NCBI GenBank assembly: GCA_050693035.1
Contig: JBOGWB010000061.1
Location: 6,834 to 70,833 of the forward strand
Length of the DNA stretch: 64,000 bases
Direction of reading: 5' to 3'
Source: Actinomycetota bacterium
Lineage (GTDB): Bacteria > Actinomycetota > UBA4738 > CALAEC01
The notes beneath the pieces are model-generated. The model saw nothing but the letters and a program-made list of their open reading frames with translations, did not search any database and was not told the origin of the DNA. The position numbers were made by a program, and so were the translations under genes. Positions 1-8,097 of the stretch are shown here, piece after piece (position 1 is the first letter of the stretch; each line of letters begins with the position of its first letter).

Positions 1-194
1 AGTGGATCCAGCAGGCCACCCGGGTCGGTCTCTCGCCAGACAACCCAAAGAAGGGGAAGGCCGATGAGTGAGGTCGGCCACCACCAGAACCCGGCTACGG
101 CCAGGGCGAGCGCGGTTGCGGTGAGCGTGCCGACCAGCACACCGAGCCGGAGGAGCTTCCGACGGGAGTAGTCACCAGCCCTCTTCTGCACCAC
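1..194 (-). CDS. partial ORF (3' end runs off the window): small membrane protein
   Basis: Not in the ORF track because it has no stop in the window. The minus frame from GTG at 194/191 reads VQKRAGDYSRRKLLRLGVLVGTLTATALALAVAGFWWWPTSLIGLPLLWVVW with two hydrophobic stretches. The start overlaps the end of the 172..471 ORF. Confidence 0.3.
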   Translation of the reverse strand, partial: MVQKRAGDYSRRKLLRLGVLVGTLTATALALAVAGFWWWPTSLIGLPLLWVVWRETDPGGLLDP

Positions 195-471
195 CCTGCA
201 GGAATCGGCATCGACTCTCCAGCGCTTGATCGAGGAAAGGGACGGAAACATCCCAGTCAGTGGAGACGCTGCGGAGCTCATCAGGAGACCAGTCGGCAAG
301 TATCTCGCCCTCAAGCCTCAGAACCTGGACGACTTGGCCATTCACGAATAGCTCGCATGTCATTGGGCCGCTGCGACCGGAGGGCGTCTCCGCGAGTCCC
401 ACGAAGACGGTCCTCCCATCCTCCAAGAGGAACACCTCGTCAATCTTCATCATGAAGGATCGTGGCACCAT
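172..471 (-). CDS. small hypothetical protein (99 aa)
   Basis: Track ORF 172..543. The internal ATG (M25, MVPRSFMMKIDEVFLLEDGRTVFVG...) lies 2 nt after the stop of the upstream 474..1451 ORF, giving a tight operon spacing. No family recognised. Confidence 0.45.
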   Translation of the reverse strand: MVPRSFMMKIDEVFLLEDGRTVFVGLAETPSGRSGPMTCELFVNGQVVQVLRLEGEILADWSPDELRSVSTDWDVSVPFLDQALESRCRFLQGGAEEGW

Positions 472-473
472 GG

Positions 474-1451
474 CTAGAGGAGAAGCCGTTCCCGGACGGC
501 TGTTCCGAAACTTGGCCGATGCGCAACGAAGCGTTCCGCGCACTCACCCACGAGGAGGTCTCCAGAGTAGTGGCAGACCAGCGCTTCGAACACGGCCATA
601 ACTCCCTCTAGCGTCACCAAGAGGGCATCCAGAAACGACCGGGCCTCGGAGGGAAGTGCGATGCCCTCAAGGAACGCATCTACGTCGCGGTAGTCAGTTC
701 GTGTCCGGAGACGCCAAAGGAAGTCGAAGATGGTCGTGGGCCGGAGCCCCTCCGCGATCCTCTCCCGCTCTCCATTCGGCAGCCGGCGGCGTCGGTTCTT
801 CTCCTTCCACTCCGCCGCTAACCGATCGACCTCCTTCTCACGGGTCGTCTTGAGGAGCCGACAGAGCGCCCCCCAGTTGGTTTCGGGATCAGGGGCCTCC
901 CAGTTATGAGGGAGCGTGATGTTCGCCCCGTGGGGGAGACCATGGAAGCGGTTGGGCTTGTACGCAGGCACACCGACACAGGTGAGACTCCAAGGAGGGG
1001 GGAAGAGTCCTCTCTGAACGCAATCCACGAGAGAACGAAGCAGAGCGGCATGGTTCCTCGGTCTTCCCGCACCGGAAGCCACGTGGAACGCCAGCGCGGC
1101 ATGGAACATGGCGTAATAGGCGTCTGTCGCCGTACCCGGTAGAAGGTCGGGGAGGTCCTCAACGGGGTGTTCCCGAAGGGCCTGGATCCGCCCCTCCCGG
1201 TGCCACGCCTGGCGGAGGTGGCGTTCGAGGTCCTGGGACTGTTCAGGGCTCAGTCGACGCAACCTGATCCGCTGAATAGAGGGGAGACCGTTAACGGTCT
1301 GGCGGACTCCCAAGGGGAGATCGTGGCCTAGCCCATAGTAGCCCCCGAGGAAGACGCCGAGGTTCTCAAGGTAACGTCGGTACGTCGTGAATGCCGCCGC
1401 AGCTTCGGGGTCGGTCGGCCGGATGTCGCCAAAGAAGACCCGGATGGGCAT
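474..1451 (-). CDS. hypothetical protein, 325 aa, alpha-helical; possibly YaaC-like/HEPN-like (unverified)
   Basis: Long ORF with no competing frame. Segments AYYAMFHAALAFHVASGAGRPRNHAALL and LWRLRTRTDYRD recall YaaC-type proteins. This is from memory only and needs an HMM check. Confidence 0.55.
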   Translation of the reverse strand: MPIRVFFGDIRPTDPEAAAAFTTYRRYLENLGVFLGGYYGLGHDLPLGVRQTVNGLPSIQRIRLRRLSPEQSQDLERHLRQAWHREGRIQALREHPVEDLPDLLPGTATDAYYAMFHAALAFHVASGAGRPRNHAALLRSLVDCVQRGLFPPPWSLTCVGVPAYKPNRFHGLPHGANITLPHNWEAPDPETNWGALCRLLKTTREKEVDRLAAEWKEKNRRRRLPNGERERIAEGLRPTTIFDFLWRLRTRTDYRDVDAFLEGIALPSEARSFLDALLVTLEGVMAVFEALVCHYSGDLLVGECAERFVAHRPSFGTAVRERLLL

Positions 1452-1782
1452 TTCCTGTCGCTCTTCCCGATTGGATTGCTTTCTAGATTAACATCCCGGC
1501 CCTCAGCCCCCACTGGGCACGCCGAACTCCGAGAAAGGGGTCGTCAGACCGCGACCAGTCGAGCAGCAGGGCGCGCGGTATCCCCCCAGAATGTCGCGAA
1601 AACAGGTGGGTTGGGCGCAGGGCTGGCTCTCGATCACTGTGGTGCGGCCCGCTCGGAAGCCGTACGGTCCTCGGTGGGCCGCGACCCCAACAACCCCGAG
1701 AACGCGGTACTTGGTGCTGGTGAATCCGCCGGATGACCCGCTCGATCTCCCCGTACCCCGGATCCTTTCGTCACGCCGTCCT

Positions 1783-2745
1783 CTAAGCACCCAGGCTATC
1801 CAGCCACTCGAATGCCATGGGGACGGACTGGACGGCAATCCGCGCCTCCCGCTCGTCGATCCGAGCCGCTGTGTGGGCCACAGCGTTGCGCAGTTCAAAG
1901 AGCCTCTCCAGCTGCTTGTAAGCGTTCCGACGTTCCTCGCGAAGGCTTCGCCCCGCAACTGCCCGCGCCACCTTGTCGAACAGGTCGATGGCCGATTGCG
2001 GGAACGCCCGCGGATTCTTGAAGAGGACATCCAGCAACGGCTGAGTTTCGGGTGAGACGACAGCTTCCCAGGTCCGTTTGGCCTTCACTTCAGCGGCCAC
2101 CGCTGCGAGTAGCACGGCCAGTTCCGGCTGGACCACTTTCCCGCGCTGATGGATGAGGAGGCCGCGTGCCTGTGACAGCAGTGTCTCCGGCTCGGGTGGT
2201 TCGATGAGCCCGGCGAGACTGGGGGCAAGATTTTCGAAGTCCTGCGAGCTCAGGGCCGTCTCCTCTGTCGGCCTGGAACCGTACAGGGTGATGGTTGGCG
2301 CCACTGGGATGTCTCGGCCCGTTTCCTTCTCCCGTATCTGATCGGACCACAACCGTGGGGGCAGCTCCCCGCTCGGCCCGAGGTCGGGCTGGCGGACGAA
2401 TATCCAGCGCCTCAACCGCGCAGCGGTTTCCACGGCCAGGCGGTCCGCCTCCGTGATGGCGCCCGCGAGCGCGTCGTAATCTTCAGCCTCTGAGTCACCG
2501 GTCAAAGCCGCAGCACTGACGTCTGCCTCAAACTCCACAGTGACGGAGAAGTAGTGGACCGCGTAAACCCGGGGCTCTTCGTGGACCCGCAGTATCACCC
2601 TTGCTCCCAGCTCCAAATGGGGCCCCCATGTAAGCGACAACTGGTCCCCGACGGAGGGGAGGGCGATCCGCACTCGAGAACCTTCAACGGAAAACTCCGT
2701 CGACTCGGTGTTCCTGTCGGCTTCTACCTGAATCGCAAGCCCCAA
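1783..2745 (-). CDS. HEPN-like (Rx4H motif) protein, start uncertain
   Basis: The C-terminus reads ERLFELRNAVAHTAARIDE, with R-N-A-V-A-H matching Rx4H. The ORF is open to 3063, but that would overlap the anti-sigma gene by 190 nt. The first canonical start after that gene's stop is TTG at 2745. Confidence 0.55.
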   Translation of the reverse strand: MGLAIQVEADRNTESTEFSVEGSRVRIALPSVGDQLSLTWGPHLELGARVILRVHEEPRVYAVHYFSVTVEFEADVSAAALTGDSEAEDYDALAGAITEADRLAVETAARLRRWIFVRQPDLGPSGELPPRLWSDQIREKETGRDIPVAPTITLYGSRPTEETALSSQDFENLAPSLAGLIEPPEPETLLSQARGLLIHQRGKVVQPELAVLLAAVAAEVKAKRTWEAVVSPETQPLLDVLFKNPRAFPQSAIDLFDKVARAVAGRSLREERRNAYKQLERLFELRNAVAHTAARIDEREARIAVQSVPMAFEWLDSLGA

Positions 2746-2872
2746 GACATCGCTGCCAGCGCTTCGCGGAGAGGGAAGCCCGGCGACTGAACGCAGCAGC
2801 CCCGAACCCCGGCCGCTGCGGACCGGGGTTCGGTGGCTGAGGTGGGGACAAATGGCTGCGAGCGCGGCTCGT

Positions 2873-3760
2873 CTAGCAACCTCGATCCAACATGGCGGTG
2901 ACGGCGGGGTCGAAGTTGGGGGGTTCGGGGGAGACCCAGATCCACACCTCTCCCTCAGCACGGGGTTGAGCGTCCACGACGTATGCGTCTGCGATGGTAA
3001 CGGGATTGATTCCCTGGACGTCGTCTCCTTCCTCAATGGCTCTCCAAGTGGCTCTGACACCACGGTCAGCGAGGACGGGCAGCGCCTCCCTCACGGTCTT
3101 GCCGCGCACACCACTGCAGTGCAGAATCTCGCCCGGAGCGAAGGCCTCCGTCGCGATCTCGTATGTTTCCCCCGACCTCGCTGTCCGGCCGATCTCGATA
3201 GTCACCTGTCCGACGAAGTCGGTAGGAATCTTGAGGCCGACAGGGCATTGGAAGCCACCGCCCTGCGTGAAGCACGCCCCTTCCTCGTACAGTATCTCGA
3301 GGTTGGAAGGTCCGGTGGGCCCGTCGGGATACATGGCTCCAACAGTTCCAACCAGGCTGGGGGAGGCTGGTACCAGGGTGGCCCGAACGTCTAGGCCATG
3401 CTGGGAAAAAGCCGCCTCCAACTCCTGCTGCGTCGCCGCTGGATCGACGATCCGGGCCACGATGTAGTCGCCTTCGGTGGTGAAGGCGACGGCCTCCGGC
3501 GCCCGCACCAGCTGAGGGCCGACTACCAGACCGACGACGAGAAGCATTACGGCGGCCGCAGCCATGCCCACCCGGACGGGTCCAAGGCGGGCGCCGGCGA
3601 GGCGCGAGGCAAGGCCAGCGTGTTCGGACCGCGGCGTGGAGACGATCTCCTCGAAGAGGGCCTGTGCGGCAGGCGTGGCCGACAGCGAGGCCAGATCCTC
3701 GTCTTGGACCGACGCGAAGCTCGCAACGACCCCATTCAGCCGATCATTTCGTTCACTCAC
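2873..3760 (-). CDS. putative anti-sigma factor / single-pass membrane protein
   Basis: Sits directly downstream of the ECF sigma gene. GTG at 3760 forms a GTGA overlap with the sigma stop. It has one TM segment (VGMAAAAVMLLVVGLVVGP) and an extracytoplasmic domain of unknown family. Confidence 0.55.
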   Translation of the reverse strand: MSERNDRLNGVVASFASVQDEDLASLSATPAAQALFEEIVSTPRSEHAGLASRLAGARLGPVRVGMAAAAVMLLVVGLVVGPQLVRAPEAVAFTTEGDYIVARIVDPAATQQELEAAFSQHGLDVRATLVPASPSLVGTVGAMYPDGPTGPSNLEILYEEGACFTQGGGFQCPVGLKIPTDFVGQVTIEIGRTARSGETYEIATEAFAPGEILHCSGVRGKTVREALPVLADRGVRATWRAIEEGDDVQGINPVTIADAYVVDAQPRAEGEVWIWVSPEPPNFDPAVTAMLDRGC

Positions 3761-4389
3761 CTGGCATCCCTCCCATCCTGGGAGTCGACCGTCCACCTAT
3801 GACCCACATGTCCAGACGAGGCGTCTGGTTTCAGGTCGACGCCGTGTCGAGCCAATTCGCGCAACAGGCGTCGACGGGCTCGGTGGAGCCGAATCTTCGC
3901 GGCGTTGGGAGAACAGCCCAGCGCCGCGGCCAGCTCCGCCGTGCCGAGCCCCTCCCACGTGGCGAGGCCAAGTATCTCCCGATCCGCGGGGCGCAGCGCT
4001 TCGAACGCGGAGCGTGCGCCGACGCCGTCGGGCGTCGGGGTTGCGAGCCGATCAAATCGGGCAATGTCCTCCGCGAGGCGACCGGTGAGCTTGGCCCGCC
4101 GCAGCACACCACGACGATGATTCCCGAGCACCCGCCGAGCAACTCCATAGAGCCAGCTGCGGGCTTCCTCGCCTGCAGGGACCTGCTCGAGTCGCCTCCA
4201 TGCCACGAGGAACGTCTCCGCCGCTACATCGGCGGCGTCTTCAGCCGATGCTCCCCGGCGCAGCGCATATCCCAGGATGCGCTCATAGTTCGCTTGGTAG
4301 AGCTCTCGGAACCTGTTGCGCTCCTTACCTTCCGAGCCTTCCCGCATCTCCCTCACACCATGGCTCCCGTACGACACCCCACCTCGCAA
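3757..4389 (-). CDS. ECF-type RNA polymerase sigma-70 family factor
   Basis: Region 2 reads FRELYQANYERILGYALRR...AEDAADVAAETFLVAWRR. Region 4 reads REILGLATWEGLGTAELAAALGCSPNAAKIRLHRARRRL. Confidence 0.85.
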   Translation of the reverse strand: MRGGVSYGSHGVREMREGSEGKERNRFRELYQANYERILGYALRRGASAEDAADVAAETFLVAWRRLEQVPAGEEARSWLYGVARRVLGNHRRGVLRRAKLTGRLAEDIARFDRLATPTPDGVGARSAFEALRPADREILGLATWEGLGTAELAAALGCSPNAAKIRLHRARRRLLRELARHGVDLKPDASSGHVGHRWTVDSQDGRDAR

Positions 4390-4522
4390 GGCCGATGAGC
4401 ACCCCCCTCACACCCAAAGAGAGGCCAGGCCGGCATCTCTCGTTATCCATGTCCGGATAGCACGGGTAGGTTTCACGGCCGCCGACATTTTCCCGTCTTT
4501 GTCTTGGATACGGGGGGAAGTC

Positions 4523-5530
4523 CTATCCTTGAGCAAGGAGTCGCTTGGCCCTAGCGACAGCTTGTTCTTGCAGCTCACGCCAGGCGGCATACTGCCCTTC
4601 CCTCTCTCCCAAGAGCACCCGCGTGTACCTCCGCTCGAGTTGCTTCGCGATCCGCACCACCCCGGCACGCGCCGCGCATCTGGCATCCGACACGGCAATG
4701 CTGATCTCCCCGGACCTCGCATCTGCAGCTGTCTTGCCCGGAGAATCGTAGAAAGCCTGTGCCGCAGCTATCGCGTCGGCGCGTTGCTCGAAGCGATACC
4801 CATTTTCCCTCATGCACTTGCGCCATACAGATAGGGCGCTCGTGTACCTCGGGTCAGCCGCCACCCTCTGATCAACTTCAGGGGCTATCTGCATCATGGC
4901 TACCCGCAATTCGAGATACTTCCTGAGGTCGCCATATACCTGTCGGTCGGCCCCGGCGTTGCAGCCCTCTCCTGGCATGGAGAACTCCGCGCCGTTAGGA
5001 AGCCGTAGCCTTATCCTGTTCTCCCAGCGACCGGAGAATGCCAATTCCCATCTTGCTCGATCGTCAGGGGACAGCGAGGACAGGTACCCATAGTTGGGAT
5101 CCACCCAGTTCTCCCAGAAGTCCTTCTCCGAGAGCCCGTACCCATGTTCACGTGCAACGCTGACATCATCGATCCCCCATTGATCGTTTTGCGACTCCGG
5201 GGGCAGTTCGTTCGGGGACACCGTGTTGAAGGGGAAGCCCTTCTGCTCCATACAGCGCTTGGTGAGCTCATCGGTCGCGAACGCCAAGAACCTCTCATCG
5301 GACATCCGGGCGGAAGCGGCAAGGAGGGAACTCGAATGTGATCCTCCTCTCGTACCTGTGCAAGCCTGGAGTACGACCGTAACGACTAGCAGGCAGTCGA
5401 ACCTTGTAGGTCTTCCTGTCCTTCTCCGTGCGATCGTGCAGTTGTCTTCCTGAGGTTTCCCGTCGTCTTTCCGAGGTTCCACCCTCCAGCCAGTAAGGAT
5501 GGGAAATGCCCCGTTGCGTAGAGTAGGCAT
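4523..5530 (-). CDS. hypothetical secreted protein, possible lipoprotein
   Basis: Has a lipobox-like LLVVTVVLQAC motif. The rest has no recognised family. The exact start is uncertain. Confidence 0.55.
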   Translation of the reverse strand: MPTLRNGAFPILTGWRVEPRKDDGKPQEDNCTIARRRTGRPTRFDCLLVVTVVLQACTGTRGGSHSSSLLAASARMSDERFLAFATDELTKRCMEQKGFPFNTVSPNELPPESQNDQWGIDDVSVAREHGYGLSEKDFWENWVDPNYGYLSSLSPDDRARWELAFSGRWENRIRLRLPNGAEFSMPGEGCNAGADRQVYGDLRKYLELRVAMMQIAPEVDQRVAADPRYTSALSVWRKCMRENGYRFEQRADAIAAAQAFYDSPGKTAADARSGEISIAVSDARCAARAGVVRIAKQLERRYTRVLLGEREGQYAAWRELQEQAVARAKRLLAQG

Positions 5531-5555
5531 GTGCGGATTTCGCTTCCCGAGCTCA

Positions 5556-5945
5556 CTACCCGCCCGGATTCGAACACGCAGTACTGCTCCACCTATGCGA
5601 GTCGCCGGAATCGTCTGGAGTCACCAGGGGCGCTGCGAGGCCCTCCGGAAGACAAGAGATCACCGTTCCCGAGAAGTTAATGCCAGTATACGTTCTGAGC
5701 GCCGCCAGGCCGGCCGTCCCGTGATTGTAGTGCGAGTCGTCCATGTTGGCGATGGTTGAGGGCCAGTCTTCATCAGCGGCTGCATTGGAGTAGGGCAAGC
5801 CTTGTGGACGGAAATGCGTGTCGACCCACGCGCAGAAGCGAGTCGCTGGGCAGTCCTCTGTTCCAGCATATGCTGGTTCTTCAGTCGCAGGAACCATGAG
5901 AGACAGAGTCACGACTACAAGCGCGATCCTTCCCGAGGCGTTCAT
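5556..5945 (-). CDS. secreted peptidase-inhibitor I36-like / beta-gamma-crystallin-like protein
   Basis: Signal peptide (IALVVVTLSLMVPA), then CPATRFCAWVDTHF and NMDDSHYNHG ... DDSGDSHRW. This is the pattern I associate with the I36 (SMPI-like) family. Confidence 0.55.
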   Translation of the reverse strand: MNASGRIALVVVTLSLMVPATEEPAYAGTEDCPATRFCAWVDTHFRPQGLPYSNAAADEDWPSTIANMDDSHYNHGTAGLAALRTYTGINFSGTVISCLPEGLAAPLVTPDDSGDSHRWSSTACSNPGG

Positions 5946-6166
5946 TGCCCACTCCCTTCAGGTCGCCGATATCTCCCAGGCAAACAGTGGCTCCGACCCA
6001 TGCAGGCATGTTGGCGTCGATCCAGGAGCCTGGTCAAGGACGGGAGATAGGCAACTCGTGGACACATTCAGGCCCGTGATCTGTGCAGATTCTCGGAGAT
6101 GCGATTCACACCGACTCCCTTGTCCGACTCGCCGCCCCCCTCGAGAATTCCTCACGGAACTGGCAA

Positions 6167-6748
6167 TCACCTTTTGGTCCTCAGGAAGCGTCTGAGACGC
6201 CCGGAAGGACTCGCGAGACGAAATCCCACGCCACGAACCGACTCGATCGTTAGTCTGACGCCATCGGCTCGAAGCTTCCTCCGCAAGCGTTTCACGGCGG
6301 CATGGATGGCCTCGATGTCACCGTAAAACGCCGCACCCCAGACCCTCTTGTAGAGATCACTGAAGGTGCACGCTCGCCCTGGATTCTCCGCCAGGACGAC
6401 CAGGAGCTGGAACTCGTGATCAGTGAGATCCAGTGGCGTTCCAAACCACCGAACCCTCCGCTCGGTCAGGTCGATCTCAAGATGGTCAACCCGGAGGATG
6501 ACGCGAGGAAGATCCCGCTCGCTTCGGAGTCCTAAGGCTTGTGGGAGCCATAGGCGTGCGATCTCGAGGCTCGGCGCGAGCACAACCAGAGAACCGCGGT
6601 CGACCAGGTCGTCGATGCGAGGATGATCCTTGGTCTCCTCTCCGATAAGAAGCACGAGAGGTGGCGATCTCGACAGCGCGGCTGTCCGGGAGGGCGGTGC
6701 AGGACCAGGCATCGTGAGCATCCTGACTCTAGGCCACTCAATAAGCAT
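6167..6748 (-). CDS. OmpR/PhoB-type winged-helix DNA-binding regulator with atypical N-terminal region
   Basis: The C-terminus reads LEIDLTERRVRWFGTPLDLTDHEFQLLVVLAENPGRACTFSDLYKRVWG...AVKRLRRKL...IESVRGVGFRL. The N-terminal part is short and shows no clear receiver acidic pocket. Confidence 0.7.
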   Translation of the reverse strand: MLIEWPRVRMLTMPGPAPPSRTAALSRSPPLVLLIGEETKDHPRIDDLVDRGSLVVLAPSLEIARLWLPQALGLRSERDLPRVILRVDHLEIDLTERRVRWFGTPLDLTDHEFQLLVVLAENPGRACTFSDLYKRVWGAAFYGDIEAIHAAVKRLRRKLRADGVRLTIESVRGVGFRLASPSGRLRRFLRTKR

Positions 6749-7483
6749 CCGAGTATCGGTCGCATGGACGATTTCTCGTCCGAGACTGTCGGCCAGTTAG
6801 AGGGGCTGGACGTAGATAAGGTTCGCTACCTCTGTCTGCTCTCTTCGGGTAGTAGTCATCGCCACAGAAACCCTGGGCAGAGGCCGACACACCTGGGAAA
6901 CAGTCACCGCCTAAGAGAGAGATGCCGCGGACTCTCTGTCCGAACGGAGAGGGTAGCCAGGATCGCTGGGCGTCTGATGCGAGGCTGCCTCAGCCCACAG
7001 GGAGCCACTCGTCTTTCCCTAGTATCAGGCCATGCTCGGGGCTCCGTTTGACTTCGAGGACCTTGAGGCTCTCATCGCGTTCCAGTGGAACAGGTCAATC
7101 CCCTCCCCCGCCAAGAACGCGATCGCCCTCGTCCTATGCTCGCTGGCCGGCGACGATCAAGCGGCGAAGGTTCTGCTCCTGAGGCTGTACGTCCCCGGGG
7201 TTGACCCGGCGGTGGTCCGAGCTACGCAAGAACGTCCTCCCGGAAGACGAGGTCGCGGCGGAGCTGGTCACCGGGTTCCTCATACGAGTGACCAAGACCG
7301 ATCTGGGATCGGAGGATCTCTCCAATCGGCTTATGGGTGCGGCCAGAGGGCATCTTAATGTTCAGACTGGGATAAGAAAGACGCGACCATCGAGTGACCA
7401 AATGCGGGGCCACCGCTAGGGCACATTCCATCCGGGTCGTCACGCAATAGGCTCGAACAAGCCGCTGACCTGCGCTTTCCCTG

Positions 7484-7525
7484 TGGGGCGGGGAGGACTC
7501 GAACCTCCGGCCGACGGATTATGAG
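7484..7525 (-). other. tRNA-Met/Ile2(CAU)-like 3' half with no 5' half: tRNA fragment, possible att-site remnant
   Basis: The minus strand reads CTCATAA-TCCGT-CGGCC-GGAGG-TTCGAGT-CCTCC-CCGCCCC-A. That is an anticodon loop (CAU), 3' anticodon stem, 5-nt variable loop, T-arm, 3' acceptor strand and discriminator, all at canonical lengths. The 5 nt upstream (TCAAA) cannot pair with TCCGT, and there is no D-arm or 5' acceptor strand. Confidence 0.6.
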
Positions 7526-8097
7526 TTTGATCCCGCCAGGCCTGTGGCCTGCCGGATCGGAGACGATGTGGCCTCCGACCAGGGTTTTCTCGCCCCAAGA
7601 CCGACCGGCATTTCTCATCGTTTCGCAGTCCATCGCGGGGCCAATGCGGGGGCACATAATCCTCCCCTGCCGCTACATAAGACGCTCAGACTTCAGGTCA
7701 GCCCCATCGCCGTACTCAAGTACACGGGACCGCCTCCGGCTCACCCCGCCGTCACACCCGAGAATGTTGATGAAACAGGTGCCTGGCTGGGTAGTCGTAA
7801 GCGCGCTTACTCCGGGGTTTCGATGAGCCGCTGGCCCCGATCGGTCGCAGGGCCGCTGGATGGCCTCGGTGAACGCCTGCCCCGAGGGCGGGGGGACCTG
7901 GACGAACGCGTACCGATCACGCAGGAGGAGCCCGCAGCCGTTCTAAGCGCCCTCCATCGAGGAGTTAGCGGCGAGTGCGCCGCTCCCTCAAACGGTAGTC
8001 TCGTCCACCTATCGCCTCTTCCAGCGGATGCCGGCGAACCGAGGCGAACAGCGGCCCTTGGGGCCACAAATGGGGCCAGCCGGCGACAGGCGAGCAA

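Noticed and set aside
172-471. Assigning the 99-aa protein as a translation-factor domain-2-like beta-barrel (KIDEVFLLEDGRTVFVG resembles EF-Tu domain II)
   Set aside because: The resemblance rests on one short segment. That is not enough for a call without a profile search.
7440-7860. tmRNA (ssrA) gene on the minus strand, suggested by the T-arm/acceptor-like 3' end and upstream GGGGCTGA / GGGGCCAG strings
   Set aside because: The 3' acceptor strand is CCGCCCC-A, so it cannot form the universal G3:U70 pair. No candidate 5' strand pairs over 7 bp. No tag reading frame ends in ...AA-stop. The 42-nt segment fits ordinary tRNA lengths, including a CAU anticodon loop. It is better explained as a tRNA fragment.
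7484-7900. Intron-containing or long-variable-arm tRNA (5' half further upstream)
   Set aside because: No GGGGCGG 5' acceptor strand, D-arm (GCTCAGTTGG-like) or ACGGA anticodon-stem strand was found within 400 nt. The nearest partial match (GGGGCGA at 7596) would give a 113-nt molecule with no D-arm.
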